Notes: a model not told the origin generated them from the letters alone. A stretch of 64,000 nucleotides of DNA from Glaucostegus cemiculus (GCA_976551045.1 CDPCPM010000197.1:496001-560000); one strand, 5' to 3'. Numbered from the stretch's first letter, positions 27,352 through 40,951 are shown. Made by a program: numbers and translations.

Positions 27352-27783
27352 CGATTGGCAAATCATAGGGCCAGTGTAGAAATTCAGCCATGTTTAAAAA
27401 TATGTTCAGTGTTTCCTATTTTAAATAACAATAATGTGGAATAATAAAAATCTGTGTGATATAGGATTGATCTCACAGTAAATAATTTATTCTTCAGCCT
27501 TGACCTGGAGTCTACAAGAATTGCAGTCTTTATTGCACAGGTATTTAATTAAATATAGTTTTATTCAGTTGCAGTTTCGTAAATTATGTCAAAATTGTAG
27601 ATTCCTTGTTTCACTACTCAGGAAAACATATCGGATTTGTATTTATAGTAAAGCTGCTTTATCTTATAGCTTCCGAAAGGATAACTGTGACGAGTTATTT
27701 TATGTTTTAGAGGTAGCCTATTTATTGAAAATACTGAAATAGTGAATTTTAAATTATTTATTGTACATTATTTTCATAGTTTA

Positions 27784-27789
27784 AATAAA
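27784..27789 (+). terminator. Candidate hoxb2 polyadenylation signal
   Basis: AATAAA after an AU-rich 3'UTR, followed by a T/GT-rich tract. Confidence 0.5.
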
Positions 27790-30700
27790 ACAACTTAATT
27801 CTTTAATGAACTTTTACTGTCTGTGTCTCAAGATGGCTGTCCGTGTGCTTTGTTAGAAATAATTGCACTATGATTTGTATCAGCAAGAGCTGTTGCTGGA
27901 AATATTTGCCATGCCTTGACAAAAAACGTGACTCGCAATATACTTAGCTAAGAAAAAACTCTTGGACTACTGAATACTAGAATTAGTCATGATGGACCTA
28001 TAACTATTTCATTGTACAAATTATATGATTAAGTAACTGGGTTGTGCCATTCCACCACTTTAAGCAACTAACTGGGTGGATAACCAAATGTTTTAATCTC
28101 CGTTGGACTTCTTAGCTCTGCCTTTTGTGTTGTCAGTTGACATGTTGTTGGGTTCACTTTACTCTTAAAGATGGCTTGTGTTTGACAACCACGCCCCTCC
28201 CCCATTCCTGAGCCCAAATACGCTATGACCATTCAATCAAGTCTCCGTACAGGTGCAAAACTAGTGTTTCTGGATCCCAGTTTCCTAAGATTTCTGAACA
28301 TCATCTTTCAAAATATTGTTAAGTGATCGATAAATAAATACTCTAAGCGCATATAAAACGACGGGGATAATTGGGTTAAAATTTCCAACAGGAGCAAGGG
28401 CCATCAAGCTTGGCCATCTCCTGAAAACTGATCTTGCATTCTGTAATTTCTAGTTTTAATTCCAATGTACGAAAAGCAAAACTTTTTAAAAAGTGAAAAG
28501 CTCGAAGTTTATTCTAAATAGGAAACAGATGATGCTAAGTGTGGAGTGCAGGATGGGGAGGGGCTTCCAGATTCATTCCACATCCATCCACGCCGATCCG
28601 CTTCTCTTCCATGTCGCGGAATGAAAGGATTTAAAGGAGACTTTTGAAAGAGAACAGATATCTCATTCTGCAGGGGCATCATGAAACTTAATCCCGTGTA
28701 CTCGGTACAATGTGCCGTTATGAATGCCCCAGAACTGCAGAGAACGCGTGAAGTTGACACGTTTATTCTCTCCCCTCTCGCTCTCAACCTCTAATGCAGA
28801 CCATGAAATAAAACAGTGAGAGTAGCAAAGAGAACAAGTTATTGAGGAGACAGGAATTTAAATTTCGGGGAAGATAGAATATTAACGAATTTAGCAAATA
28901 TAAACATGAGGCTCGAGCTTGAAGAGCAAAAGCCTCGCGCAACTCGCCAGAAAATAACTACCAACATCGATCATCGGGTCCATTTTACTTAGTCACAATT
29001 GTGCTCCACTTTCTGGGGCTCCCACCCGCCCTCGCGCCCCGCCAGGGGAGCCTTATTTACAAGATGTAATTTTTTTTAACTTAAACTCATACATCACGCT
29101 GCTTTATGAATGAAGGGGGTCATTTCGAGAAATCAATCGCAGTGACACGAAAAATAAATCATACTACGCATTTGCCTCGTCACGGGTGTTTCCCAAGCAA
29201 GGTAGAAATTTGGTGGCGACTTTGGAAATGCTCCGCAGAAAATGCAGCCGACACTGGAATCTCCAACTCCGGCTCATCTTAGTGCAAAATGGCGCCGTGT
29301 TTGAACCGGGCACAAAACATTTACCGATTTTACTGTAATATTTTAGTCTACACAAAAGTATCGATATCATTGTTCCACTGGATTTTAAAAGCTCGGGTAC
29401 ATTCAGAGTCATGGAAACATTTAAGCAATCGGCTCCTGATTTAATTCGCTTTAACTTTTCACCGCCGCCCCCTTTGTTTGGCGTTTTGGATATCGATCAT
29501 TGCTACATCTTTAATAATTCAGACACATTTCTTATTTGATTAATTTATGCCTTTTACCCAATACTCCTCCTATTACAGCCTACAGTGAGTCTGCTGTTGC
29601 TAATTTGGGTTTCTAAAATACAAATCACACAAGGAAAGGCACTTGCTTGTTCAACAGTGCTTCCCCGTCAACTATAAAAAGTTCACACGGAACAGTCAGG
29701 AGCCGGCGTGACAAAGCAGACAAACGAAAAGATACGGAAAGAAGGAAAACAGATAACGGAAAGAACAGAAGAGAAAACATTATAGACCGTGCGAAGATAT
29801 TTGAGGCAGAACAAAACACACTGAAACACACAGTACAGGCATGACCAGATATAAACAAAATGGAGAGAAATGTAAAGACTCAGACACAATAAGGACAACT
29901 GGAGACGTGGGACGGAAACCAATAGAGGAAGACTCAGTGATTCTAAAAATAATTGACAAATTATTCAGAGGAATTATCTGCATGTGTTTAATAGAATCTG
30001 AGAGCCTGGATTCCAGCAAATTCTAGGATTTAATCTCACCGCAGAGTTATGTGTTCTCCTTTATTCCAATATAAATGCATGACAGTTTAATTGAGTAGAA
30101 ACTCCTTTAACTTACGTGTGCAAACCTTGACGTGTTATCAATACAAATCTCTAACGAGCGCCTCTTTACATAGCATAATGACCAGTAAAACTTGCTTCAC
30201 GTCCAGGGAACACGCCAGTGACAATTACAAATCAATTCTACGCCCACAGAACAGGCTTAATAAATGGGAACTAACCACTCCATCCAACCTTCCTTAAAGA
30301 CATAAAGCATATCCTTTTTTTCCCTCCTCCTCCTTGTCAATTTCTGATCAATTTCATAAATTTAAAATCAATCGTTCAGACATATTTCTTCATGTTTTCT
30401 GATTGGCTTGAAAACCAGGCAGTCAATAAATATATAGTTAAAATAAAACTTAATTTTTAAACAACCAATGCAATAAGAAAGCTTAACTATTAAACACAAA
30501 CTGTCAATAATAAAGCGATTGCACAAATCAAAATGACAAATTCTAGGTTCTGCATTTGTACATTACTAGATTCTAAATTAGACTTTTGAAAGCTTTGGGA
30601 TAAAGTGAATAGTGGTTTAAGAAGCCTGCCTCGTGTTTACGTAGAACTCTACAAATCATGTCCCACACTGAAGGACTCCTATTGCTTATTCATATTGAAT

Positions 30701-33700
30701 CGTCCACTGATGGTGACTGAGACATTACGGCCTGCAACACACCACATGGTTTCTCGATTTTGAGATATTCCATTTCTTTTTTCACATCGCTTCATTTCCC
30801 ATTACAGAGAGAAGGAAGGACTAACCGCCACTACTATATTGGTGCACATATGTTGTCCCATCAGACCTTACAACATGGACACCCACCGTTAGCAGACACG
30901 TCACTATGGCAACTGAAGTGCATGACAGTTTTGCATGAAAATAACGTATTACAGCAGATTTTACACAAGACACTAAGTTTAACAGTGTTGGGCTTTGCCT
31001 TTCTCACTATTACCAAAAAAAACACAACCCTATCGCCTTCTTAACCCATTCTTCACCAGAATCCCAAATCTCTTGCGGTCTTTCTCGATCTTTCCTTCCT
31101 CCCAGTCCACTTTGGAACCCAAGTGTGGTGTCACTGAAATAACTGGTTTCCATCCATTGTCTGGCTCCCATTTTCAAGATTGTCCCAGAACTTTGACACG
31201 ACATCTATTTTTTTGTCGATTAGAATGAGCAACTTCTCACTTCTTGAATGATTGCATTCGGGGATTTTCAACGCGATAACCCCATTAGGATTTAACATCC
31301 GATTTTGATTGTAGGCCTGGGAAGAAAGCAAGGTATAGAGATGGATTTGTTGGGGGGGGGGGGACTGGTTGCCACAATATAATGCTTAACTCTGCTCTGT
31401 GATTAGATCTACGGCACCTTATCGTTCATTGAATAGAACAGATGGGACCTCATGCGGTACCTCAGCCATGAGTGCCCCCTTAAGTCGGCATTAGGGAATC
31501 AGTACCATTTCAGCGCAGTGGTGAAGTGGTAAACTACTTTTAACTTTGTATAATGCTCAGGAAGTATTTTCTTTCCACAATATTACATGTTATATACACA
31601 CATCACTTTGGGGAGGGTGTTTGTTGTGTACTGGGGGCGATTCTTCCCCAATACGAGAGACCAAAGTATTCTGAAAAATGGTCTTGCTACGAATGGACGA
31701 AAGGCTTGTAGTTTTTTTAATGTTTTATATTCAACATAATAAGGGGGGGGGAGCAGCTATGGTGATTCTCAGTGATGTGAATAATCTAACACTAGCATTG
31801 ATAGACAGTCAGATAAAAGAAATTACAGATTTGTGCAATCACATTGTTAAAGGGCTTTGACGTTTAAAAAAGAGATCGACGCCAAAGATTCTGTCACTTT
31901 AGGAGAATCAACAAAGATCAACAACAGTGATTCTAAACATTCACTGTCTGAAAAACGAAACTACCCGTGTTGCAGCGGATTACAGATGTGAATATTCAAG
32001 ATCGGCGTTATAGATCATACAAAGATCTGCCATCCTGAATCAGCCTGGAGTCCGCATAGTAACCATCGAACGCCATTCCTTTCGCTGGTAAAGGGAGGAA
32101 AATGTATTCTGAACATATAGTCGGTGTTATGACCAGTTACCACAAGGTTCATTTCGTTTCAATGCATCATAGGTGTTTGGTTTCTTTACCGCAAAGCAAC
32201 CGAATAGAATGTGGACCAGGGAAAAATGAAACTATTTTAGCTCAGTTCTTCGAAGTACGTGACATTATTACTGTCAAAGATGATGTCAAACGCGTTATCC
32301 CGATCCCTAACTATGCTAATCAATAAAATAATCCAGTACAATTTGAAAGTACTATTCATTTCTGTCAAGCTCTTTCTTTTCACTTACACGGAGCTAAATA
32401 TGGAAATTGGCGGTTTATTAAGTAATTCGTGTCAGTACAGTTATTTTCAAATGATTAATTAAATGTCTTTCATTGTAGGTTCAACTCTACAGGACGGGGG
32501 CTTTGCAGGAACAGGTTTGCCAGAATACAAGAGAGGCCAGCAATACGGTCGCTTCCTACTGATTGAATAGTTTTACCAGCACAAAAGTTTTGCTGCCAAG
32601 GCCTTTTATTTAACCAACACCGGGCTAGATTTGACATCGTGCGCAAGCAGCTGATAGATGAACAACATTCATGGCGCGCACTCATTATCCTGTGCCAGCA
32701 CGTGTTAAATTATTAGAGCGGCCAAGCCCTGGCATGTGACTATGCTTGGGATACTACAGTCATGAAACGTTTGCAAAATACTCATGGATCCAATCTCAAG
32801 CCGAAGACTTTTTTTGGCTCGCCATTTAGTTTTCGGGTCCCCATTCGATAATGAGTCTGTTGCAATAACTGCTCGTTTCTTTGATTGCAAACTATCTTTG
32901 TTATAGTTGCGTGCTTCAGATAACGCCTCAATGTCTCTTCCCAAGTCACCTGCATCGCGAATTCTTCTAATTCTTCGACCTTTATTTCCCGTCCTCTGTC
33001 ACTGTTTCTCGCGTTTTGTGAACCTTCCTTTGTGTCCACTCACTCCCTTGTCTCTTCCACAATCTAGGGTTTCCCACCCGTGCCCTCTCCCTGTACTTGC
33101 TGCTCCCTTTCCCTCTCTACCCCTTTTTCTTCGTCCTCTTTTCATGTGGCACTTATCCATCTATATACCTATTTCTCCTTCCTTCTCTCCATCCCCCCCA
33201 CCCCTCCCCAAGGGAAGTGTGCAGTAAGCAGTAGCAAAATGGAGCTGACATCAAACATTTAAATTGCTGGCTGCCAGAAATGCCTTTGACATATGGATCC
33301 ACCGACTGAATGAGTGAAGGCAAAAATAATGTTTCTTGAATTCGGTGACAGTGATAAGGTATCATTATGTAGAAAATATAAGCTCTCCATGAACCTAACA
33401 GATGGCGGGCGACGAACATCTTCAATGTCTAGGTGCAACAGTGACACATCACATACTGTACAATTAATCTTTTTCTGTTAACTGAGTAAATTAGTATAAT
33501 TGTAGGCCCCGGGCTTCTAGCTAATCACCACTAAACTGTGTGTATATATGTGATAACCCAGAATGTAAAGGGAAAACCATCTTATTATGTCAAACATATT
33601 AAATGTGCTTAAATGCAGAGATAATAGTAGATACCCTGACAGCTAACGAAACTCGACTGTGAAGGACATTGTGTGAGATGCCTTCAATTCCACCAAAATA

Positions 33701-34914
33701 TGAATAATCACCATTCACTTTGTCAAGGTATTCTTCCTCCTTTAGTTAACGCGTTTGCTGACTTAAGTAAAATGCATTTCAAAACTTTGAACAAGGAAAT
33801 ATTAATGATCCACAGAACAATTCCCACCCCCTCACTGCTGTTTACCTCCAGTGCATAGGGGGGGAAAACTTCAGGCTGAGTGCTGGAAAGTAATATATAG
33901 CACCCACTGAGAAATTAGATGATTGATTTCACCCATGGCGCTGTCAGCACTGCATCTATTACAGGTACCCATAAACTTTATAACAAGGCTAAGGGTATAT
34001 CAGATGGATAGTTCAAAGTTTTAAAAAACACAAAAAAAGTTTATTTCAAATTCAAAATCGTGTCATTTACTCAACTCACAATGTTGATTTATCACCTTAT
34101 TGATAAATTGATTAGGTATATTGCATTCTCAAGACAATTATTTCTTCAGAGCAGAAATATGCCTCTTAAATATACATTATCTTTGTTTTAATGATGTAAT
34201 CAGGCTGAATTTTCAAATTATGGAAAAAGATCCAATCGGATTGACATTGTCTTTTTTATGTTTTGTCTTTCAATGAATTGGCTACATATTTTCACTGCAG
34301 GAACATAAATGACAGTATGGTTATGTTTTACGACACTACATTTCTAAATTTAACTCACGATTTTATGACTTTTTAGCAGATCCCAACGAATTACAAAATT
34401 GGGACATAAAAACGGTGATTAAGCAACATTTGTTATAAGCCCTTTAATCAAAAATCCCATGAGGAACATTACCTCTCCAAAAATCATACGTACATCTCGT
34501 AGCCTTTAATACACTGCAGCTTTCACCAAAAGATCATTGCAATTCATTTAGAACGGATTATTTAATTTATAACCCTTCTCCCATACAACTGGTTTGTATT
34601 CGTGTATTAATTTTCACCTACCTTAGATGTGAAAACTACGTAACCAGAATGTTTTACATCTTTCAACCTGTGTATTTTTAAAAAAATACTCACATCGACC
34701 ATTAGGCAATCTCCCTTGCAATGTTACATTATTCAGATTAAACAATAAAGTATATATTGTATTACCTACTTGAGCTCTGCTCTGCTTCTGTGAGATAGTA
34801 TGCCCAGGTTTTGTAGACAGCTGTTGTTTTTGGTTTGACCAAATCTTTTTAACACTTTAAAGACAATCTTGAATAATTCCAACTTTCTCCCCCTCCCCTC
34901 TCTTTTTTTGAAGG

Positions 34915-35004
34915 CTGATTTGACATTTAAGTGTTGCTATCAGATTGATGCGGATAACTTTGATTGAAAGCTTTTGTGATGTAAATGTCACCCCGGTGAT
35001 GGAT
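34915..35004 (+). promoter_or_regulatory. hoxb1 rhombomere-4 autoregulatory element (b1-ARE)
   Basis: R1 AGATTGATG (34942), R2 TGATTGAA (34961), Sox/Oct-like CTTTTGTGATGTAAAT (34971) and R3 TGATGGAT (34997), with TGACA at 34921. Order and position are canonical. Confidence 0.9.
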
Positions 35005-35040
35005 CACCTCATGCAGTTCACTAACATCAGGAGGTCTCTC

Positions 35041-35135
35041 GCCATTGGTGACTCGAGGTCACGTGAATGTCCTCTTGAGTGATATCGTTTGATTGCCAGC
35101 GAGCCATGGAGGAAGTTTGCTGGGTGACATAGTGC
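35041..35135 (+). promoter_or_regulatory. hoxb1 proximal promoter
   Basis: GCCATTGG, GGTCACGTGA, GCCATGG and GTGACATA just upstream of the ATG. Confidence 0.65.
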
Positions 35136-35191
35136 TTGGGGTTTCAGGGGCAGGGAGAATCCCGAACAGGTTGGCCGTCCATCATTAGCAG

Positions 35192-35783
35192 ATGGACAAT
35201 ACGAGGATGAACTCTCTCTTAGAATACGCAATTTGTAATCGTGGGACAAGCGCCTACTCATCCAAGGGTTACCACCATTCAGAACAAGGGATAACAGCTT
35301 TCGCTCCTTGTGCAGGTAACGTTGACAATTACAATGGTGATGGACGATTCTTAGCAGGAGGAAGCGCGCATAATGCACTTCAGCATCAGCACCATTCAGC
35401 GAGTTATTCGCATCATACCAGCCTGACGAATCCATATACCAGTCCAGGCCCCAACAACTACACGACCCAAACTTGTAACTCTGGTTACAGTCACCATTAT
35501 TTTTTCACTCAAGAGTCGGACGGGGCGTACTTTCAAACCTCGGGGTACACTGGCAATATAGGATCTACTGCCAATTCACTTTCAGACGGTTATTATGGTG
35601 TCTCAGGGTCGGGTCAGTATCAGCATTCTTACGGCCAAGAGCAACAGGGTTTGGCGTATGGGACTTATGCTAATCTGTCGCCATCTCAAGAGGGGGAGAA
35701 GGAACCTTCCTGCACCTCAGATTCATCCTCTTCTGGCCAAACGTTTGACTGGATGAAAGTGAAAAGAAACCCTCCTAAAACAG
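35192..35783 (+). CDS. hoxb1: Homeobox protein Hox-B1, exon 1
   Basis: MDNTRMNSLLEYAICNRG N-terminus (CNRG is B1-type) and the PG1 hexapeptide TFDWMKVKRNPPKT. Donor ACAG|gttagt; 592 nt, phase 1. Confidence 0.94.
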
Positions 35784-36547
35784 GTTAGTATGAGAAGCGA
35801 ACCGAGCCTTTCTTTACCTGCAAGTAACTCAAGGCACTGGCAAGAATCCAATTGAAAGACGATTCAAATCTCACAATTTAGTCCTTTAAAACAGTAAACA
35901 TTTCAAACGTTTAATGTAAATATTTTTTAAAAAGAAATTTTGCCTTGTAAGTTAACACCCGATGTTTATTCGAATCTATTTGCCCCTCCCCCTTCCCGGA
36001 ATCAATTGGTCTAAATAAGAAATAATCGGTGGGATGATTCCGAATTTATGAAACTGGGCTGAAAATGGCAGGCAGGTCGTGTGGAAGGCGGGACTGGGGC
36101 TTGAAGTGTGATGTTCAAAGGTCTGTCTGTGAATCTCCACTCAGTGAAACATGATCTCGGGATATAAAGTACCGATTTATTATTTAAGCGGTGTGTTTCA
36201 CTTTGAGTTGGTTTAGTTGACTTCACTGAAACAGCTGGGCCAACATTTACTTCAGGAACCCCCCAGTAGCGTTAGGGGGAGGGGAGGGGATGGGAGGCAT
36301 TTATTTTTCTCGTTTATGGCTTGGTTAAGGGTTATCTATTGTTTTAGAGTCTTCTTTAATAAGAGGAGTTGAACCTAGACTAAAAGCCCCACACTCTATT
36401 CTATCTCTTGCTTCTATCAAGTTTCGGGACGCTAAGTGCTGAAGTTGTTGGTTAATGGTGTTGGTTGACTGTGTGTGTAGAGGGGAGGGGTGGGATGGAA
36501 ATACTCATGTTGGCTCGCTCTAATTGTTTTCCCTTGTACATTTCCAG

Positions 36548-36891
36548 CCAAAATCGCTGATTATGGACTGGCTGGCCAGGCGAACACAATACGAACCAAT
36601 TTTACCACGAAACAATTAACTGAGCTGGAAAAGGAATTTCATTTTAACAAGTACCTAACCCGCGCCAGGAGAGTGGAGATAGCGGCAACGCTCGAGTTGA
36701 ATGAAACTCAAGTCAAAATCTGGTTTCAGAATCGCAGGATGAAGCAGAAAAAGCGAGAGAAAGAAGGTTTCGCTCCTAATTTTTCCATGTCCACTGCGAA
36801 AGAAACCGGGGACGGATCGGACAAGTCGTCAACCACATCTCCATCCACGTCACCCAGATCTTCGACATCGGAGAATATCCACACCTCTTAA
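36548..36891 (+). CDS. hoxb1: Homeobox protein Hox-B1, exon 2 (homeodomain)
   Basis: Acceptor tttccag|cc. [62 protein letters not shown]; AATLELN is B1-type. Spliced product 311 aa. Confidence 0.96.
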
Positions 36892-38517
36892 CTCTGGCTT
36901 TCGAACAAATAGCAATACCAAAGGGGAACATGACTTAATTTCCTTCAATGCAGTTCACTAATAATAATTGCCTTCCTTTTTGTGTCATGCTTGTAATAAA
37001 CTCAGGGAAACAACCAAAAGAATGTTAGCATTGCACTTTCCACCTGTTTACAATACCAGAATCACATATTTCAATACCGACGGTTGTTATACCACATATT
37101 GTTTAACTGGTTGTGAATATATATTTTACTATGTGGCTTTGATTACCCGCCTTAAGTTATTATTAACTTTGCAGGGAGCGTGGCTTCATTGAGCCTTACT
37201 GCACATGGGTAGGTTTCAGTGTGCTTTGTATTTAAGAGTCGGGATTTCAAATGGAATTGTTTGTATATATCGGAAAGCGAGAAAAAGTATACACCTTTAT
37301 TCTGCAGGAAGAAGTATGCTTGAAGAGATCTGTGGAACTTATTTTGTGATTGCACTACTAATACTGTAACAGGGTTGTCGATTAAAAAAGTACATTTAGG
37401 TTTAGGAAAGGAATGAAGACTTTAAGGAATTGTCTGAAACTGTAGCGGGCAGCATGTAAGTGTTAACAGACAAATACTAATCTCCTTTGTCCTCTTCTGT
37501 GACATTTTATGTCCGGACTATCTTTTGGTCAAAGTTTGATATGTCTTAAATTGGGAACTGGGACTATGCCCTTCGTTACAGCAGAACCGAATACTGACTC
37601 CAAAGTGACAATGTTTGACTTTTCAATTGTTTGCAAGCTTTGGTGCAGGTATCACTGTGGGGAGAACTGCCGCAACATAGGAACGGAAATGCCTTTTAAC
37701 GTGGTGGCAACGCGCATCCACAATGATTTCCTCTGGACTTTACTACCGGACTGTACAATTTCGTTAGTAATGATTGCTGGAGGGCATCTGCAGAGAGGCA
37801 TGGCTCCGCAACAGTTCTGCTCTGGCGATAGTGCTGTGATTCAATCATTTGCTGAGGTTTATCAGTTTGCCTCACAGCTCGTTGGCAGTCCCGCAAACGA
37901 GCTCAGCATGTTCAATTTTCAACCCAAGTGTTTAGCTACCTCATTCCAATAAAATCGATTTGATTATTATAATGCTATGCTTCCTGGTTGTTTTCATTGC
38001 TCTTGGCTTTCTTTCTCAGAATAATGAAAGTTTTATGGGATGGATCTTTGGTCGACGATCAAGCTACAATTTCAGTGACAATGCAATGAACAGGGCATGT
38101 TTTATTTTCTGTAGTTACTGCACTCTGTCCACTATGAAGTATTCCAATCTATAGCTAGTAATCTGTCTGTTGGCAGCCCATAAATAAACCAATTCACAAA
38201 ACGTGATCACAAGATGATTGCTTTCAGCACATGAAATTGACCTTATATTGGCAAAACTCATTAGAAAACAAACACCAGAGTTTTCAAATGTGGAGTTAAA
38301 GACAAATGGCTTAAAGAAAAGCATCCAGTCAGTACATGTGGATAATTTCAAAAAATGTTTAATTTAGTCCTGCCCAGCAACTCTGGAACTTTAAGCGAAG
38401 TTCTTCCAAAGTAAATCTCGTTGGTCAACGACATTAAACATATACCCCTTTGCCATGCCTTGAAAATAAACGTAGAGGCGAAGCGAGGAATGCAACAGCA
38501 AACTCCGGATGCACGAG

Positions 38518-38531
38518 TGACCTTTTTACCT
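38518..38531 (-). promoter_or_regulatory. hoxb1 3' DR2 RARE
   Basis: TGACCT TT TTACCT reads AGGTAA aa AGGTCA on the minus strand, the known Hoxb1 3' DR2 sequence, ~1.6 kb after the stop codon. Confidence 0.88.
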
Positions 38532-38824
38532 CCAAACGCCTCTGGGATTAACAAACAAGTCAATAGAAGCCGCTTGAGGATGACACCATTGTCCATCTCA
38601 GGTGGAGAACTCTCAGATATATCAATATAAAATGTGTGCATGAGGAAAAAGGGGTAAATACAATGGAGAGGGAGGGGCAAAATTCTGCTAAATCTGGTTT
38701 GCAATTAATACTATAAATCAGGACTTGTGTTTTAGACGTAATCTTCTCGAGGATAGTTTAATTCTCTATCCTGCTGGTATTATTTGTATGTTAGTTCTAA
38801 TGTGGATTTGAAGTAGAAGCATAC

Positions 38825-38952
38825 ATCATAGAAGAGTTAGAACAGTACGGCAGAGGAAGAAGCCCTTCGGCCCACAATGTCTGTGCCGACCATGATGTTG
38901 ATCTAAAATAGTCCCATCACCCTTCACATGACCTCTATCCCTCCATTCCTGC
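38825..38952 (-). mobile_element. Short CR1-type LINE 3' tail fragment
   Basis: tagaacagtacggcagaggaagaagcccttcggcccacaatgtctgtgccgaccatgat is the reverse complement of the tails at 56496-56552 and 56990-57056. Confidence 0.65.
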
Positions 38953-39452
38953 CGAAAAGGCAAACCATGTTTCTACCATAATCACTGTCAGAATAAACAA
39001 ATTATGATGAAACTGAATTTCCACAGCAAATCGAAGAGCACCAACACATAATAATTACGTTAAATAACTAAATTAATCCCACAACAAATGTTGTGTGTTA
39101 ATGCTCATTCTCATCAAAATATGCATGGAATCCCATTTAGAAACATCTTCCCTTTCTCAGGCGCACATTCATCCGTTCATTGATTTGCACAAAATCCCAA
39201 CGGTCGCGGTTGGTGAATTAGATACATGTGTACACATAGTTAGAAATATAAATCACGTGCTCAATATTCACACGAACGCACAACTAGACGGTCTGACACA
39301 CTGCTTTTTTTCATAGTTCAACTTTAAAGTATGAAACTTCAGAGAAATTCTAACCAATGTTGCCATTATCTTCCATCCTTTAATTAAATGTTTTTGTTTA
39401 TGCAGAGAAAGGTGCAAAAATAACTACACCAGAAATCGCTTGATGATAATGA

Positions 39453-39485
39453 TGTGTGCGTGTGTGCGTATGTGTCTGTGTGAGT

Positions 39486-39542
<57 letters not shown>
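39453..39542. repeat. Compound (GT)n/(GA)n microsatellite
   Basis: Visible tandem repeats. Confidence 0.95.
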
Positions 39543-39547
<5 letters not shown>

Positions 39548-40951
39548 AAGGTAGTAAAGCCAGAGTCTTTGAAACAGTGGAAATGCTTTTGTACTTTTCC
39601 TGAATGTTGTCCAAATATACCAGAACAGATACAGCAGAATTTAAAAAAAATAACGAGGAAGAAATGATTAAAAATTAAACCGTGCAGAATATTTCTGAAA
39701 ATAGTCAAAAGTTGTATAACTTTTTTTTCAGTAAGAAATGTTTAATGTAAAATCATTTGCCTCCTCCAGTCATTTTCATTCCAATGCTTGTTGACTTTCC
39801 ATGTATGCTTAGGAATAGTACACACTTCGACCCAACCAGCATCGTGTTCACAACCGCATGCATGAACAATGCATTTCAATAGAATATCCATGCCGGAGAA
39901 CAATGATGGAACCAGGGAATCCTATCTGGTTTGGCTTGTGTTGTCGTTCACAACAAAGACACGTACAGCTTCCACTGAAATAGGGCAGTTGTTATCGGGA
40001 ATAGTTGCAAACAACCGACCTCTCCATGACATGTGCCTTTGTCCATCTTTACTGTACTGTAAACATGCGAGGAATTTATCGTCTGTTCATGTCACCACGT
40101 AACCGCGTTTCGCAGTTTTTATTTCTACTGCATTTTTACATCAACATTTTATTTTCATTAGTTTAACCCTCCCTCTCACAGTGAGCACATGCTTGGATTA
40201 TACACTTCTCACAAGTTTTCAAGGTGCCTTTGAATTTCGTTGAATTGGGGGCGAATAATAAAAACGTTTTGAGAGTGGCCGAGAAAAGTTAGACCAAATT
40301 CTCGCTGTGCCCCTCCCCCTTTGAGTAAATATATAAATTATTAGATGACTGTGGTATCCACCACAAAGCATTCTGATAAAATCTGGAAATAAATAAAAGG
40401 CGACGGCTCCGAATTCCCTTGTTCTTGAAGACTGCAGCGGATTCTGTTTTTTTTAAAAAAAGAGAAAGAAGTACTTTCAAAGGAGCGAACTCATGTCCTT
40501 AGCCAACAGAGAACGCAGCCATCTGCTCCTGACGAGTTTGTGCTAATTGCACTTGTTTTGTGGGGACTTTCACCCACCCTATGTGATGCCTTTTGATGTA
40601 AAGGAAACCACGCTCATAAAATTTATGCCGGCTCTCTTTGAACTCCCAGCAGATCTTTGTCATTCGTATTTCACCCTCTACAAGTTCGGAATTGGATTGG
40701 CTGCAACTTCATGCGTTTTAAAATCAAATGTTTGTACTTCTCCCCCCCCCCCCAAAAAAAAGGAATAAAACACGGCTCTGATAACCAATACCTAAGAAGA
40801 AAGAAACAACGGGAAAAGTTTAAATATCTTTCAGCATTTCAGCTCTTCCACGTCGACATCAAGATATCTATCTTCTTTACGTTTACAGTTCACACTGCCT
40901 ACTTATTATAAATTTAACTTCTTAAAAACGTTACATCGGACATTGGCCGTG

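Noticed and set aside
29625-30026. Cluster of overlapping short ORFs
   Set aside because: Purine-biased low-complexity sequence that lacks stops by composition.
29030-33415. CTCF-like motifs near 29039, 31471 and 33398
   Set aside because: Only partial matches by eye; a PWM scan or ChIP is needed.
35004-35435. Antisense and alternate-frame ORFs over Hox exons
   Set aside because: Shadows of GC-richer coding sequence with no recognisable motifs.
18884-36891. Assignment to HoxA or HoxD
   Set aside because: B-type residues ([27 protein letters not shown]), the b1-ARE, the 3' DR2 and the b2 r4 element all indicate HoxB.
37509-37952. 147-aa ORF after hoxb1
   Set aside because: No recognisable domain or gene structure; probably a chance ORF.
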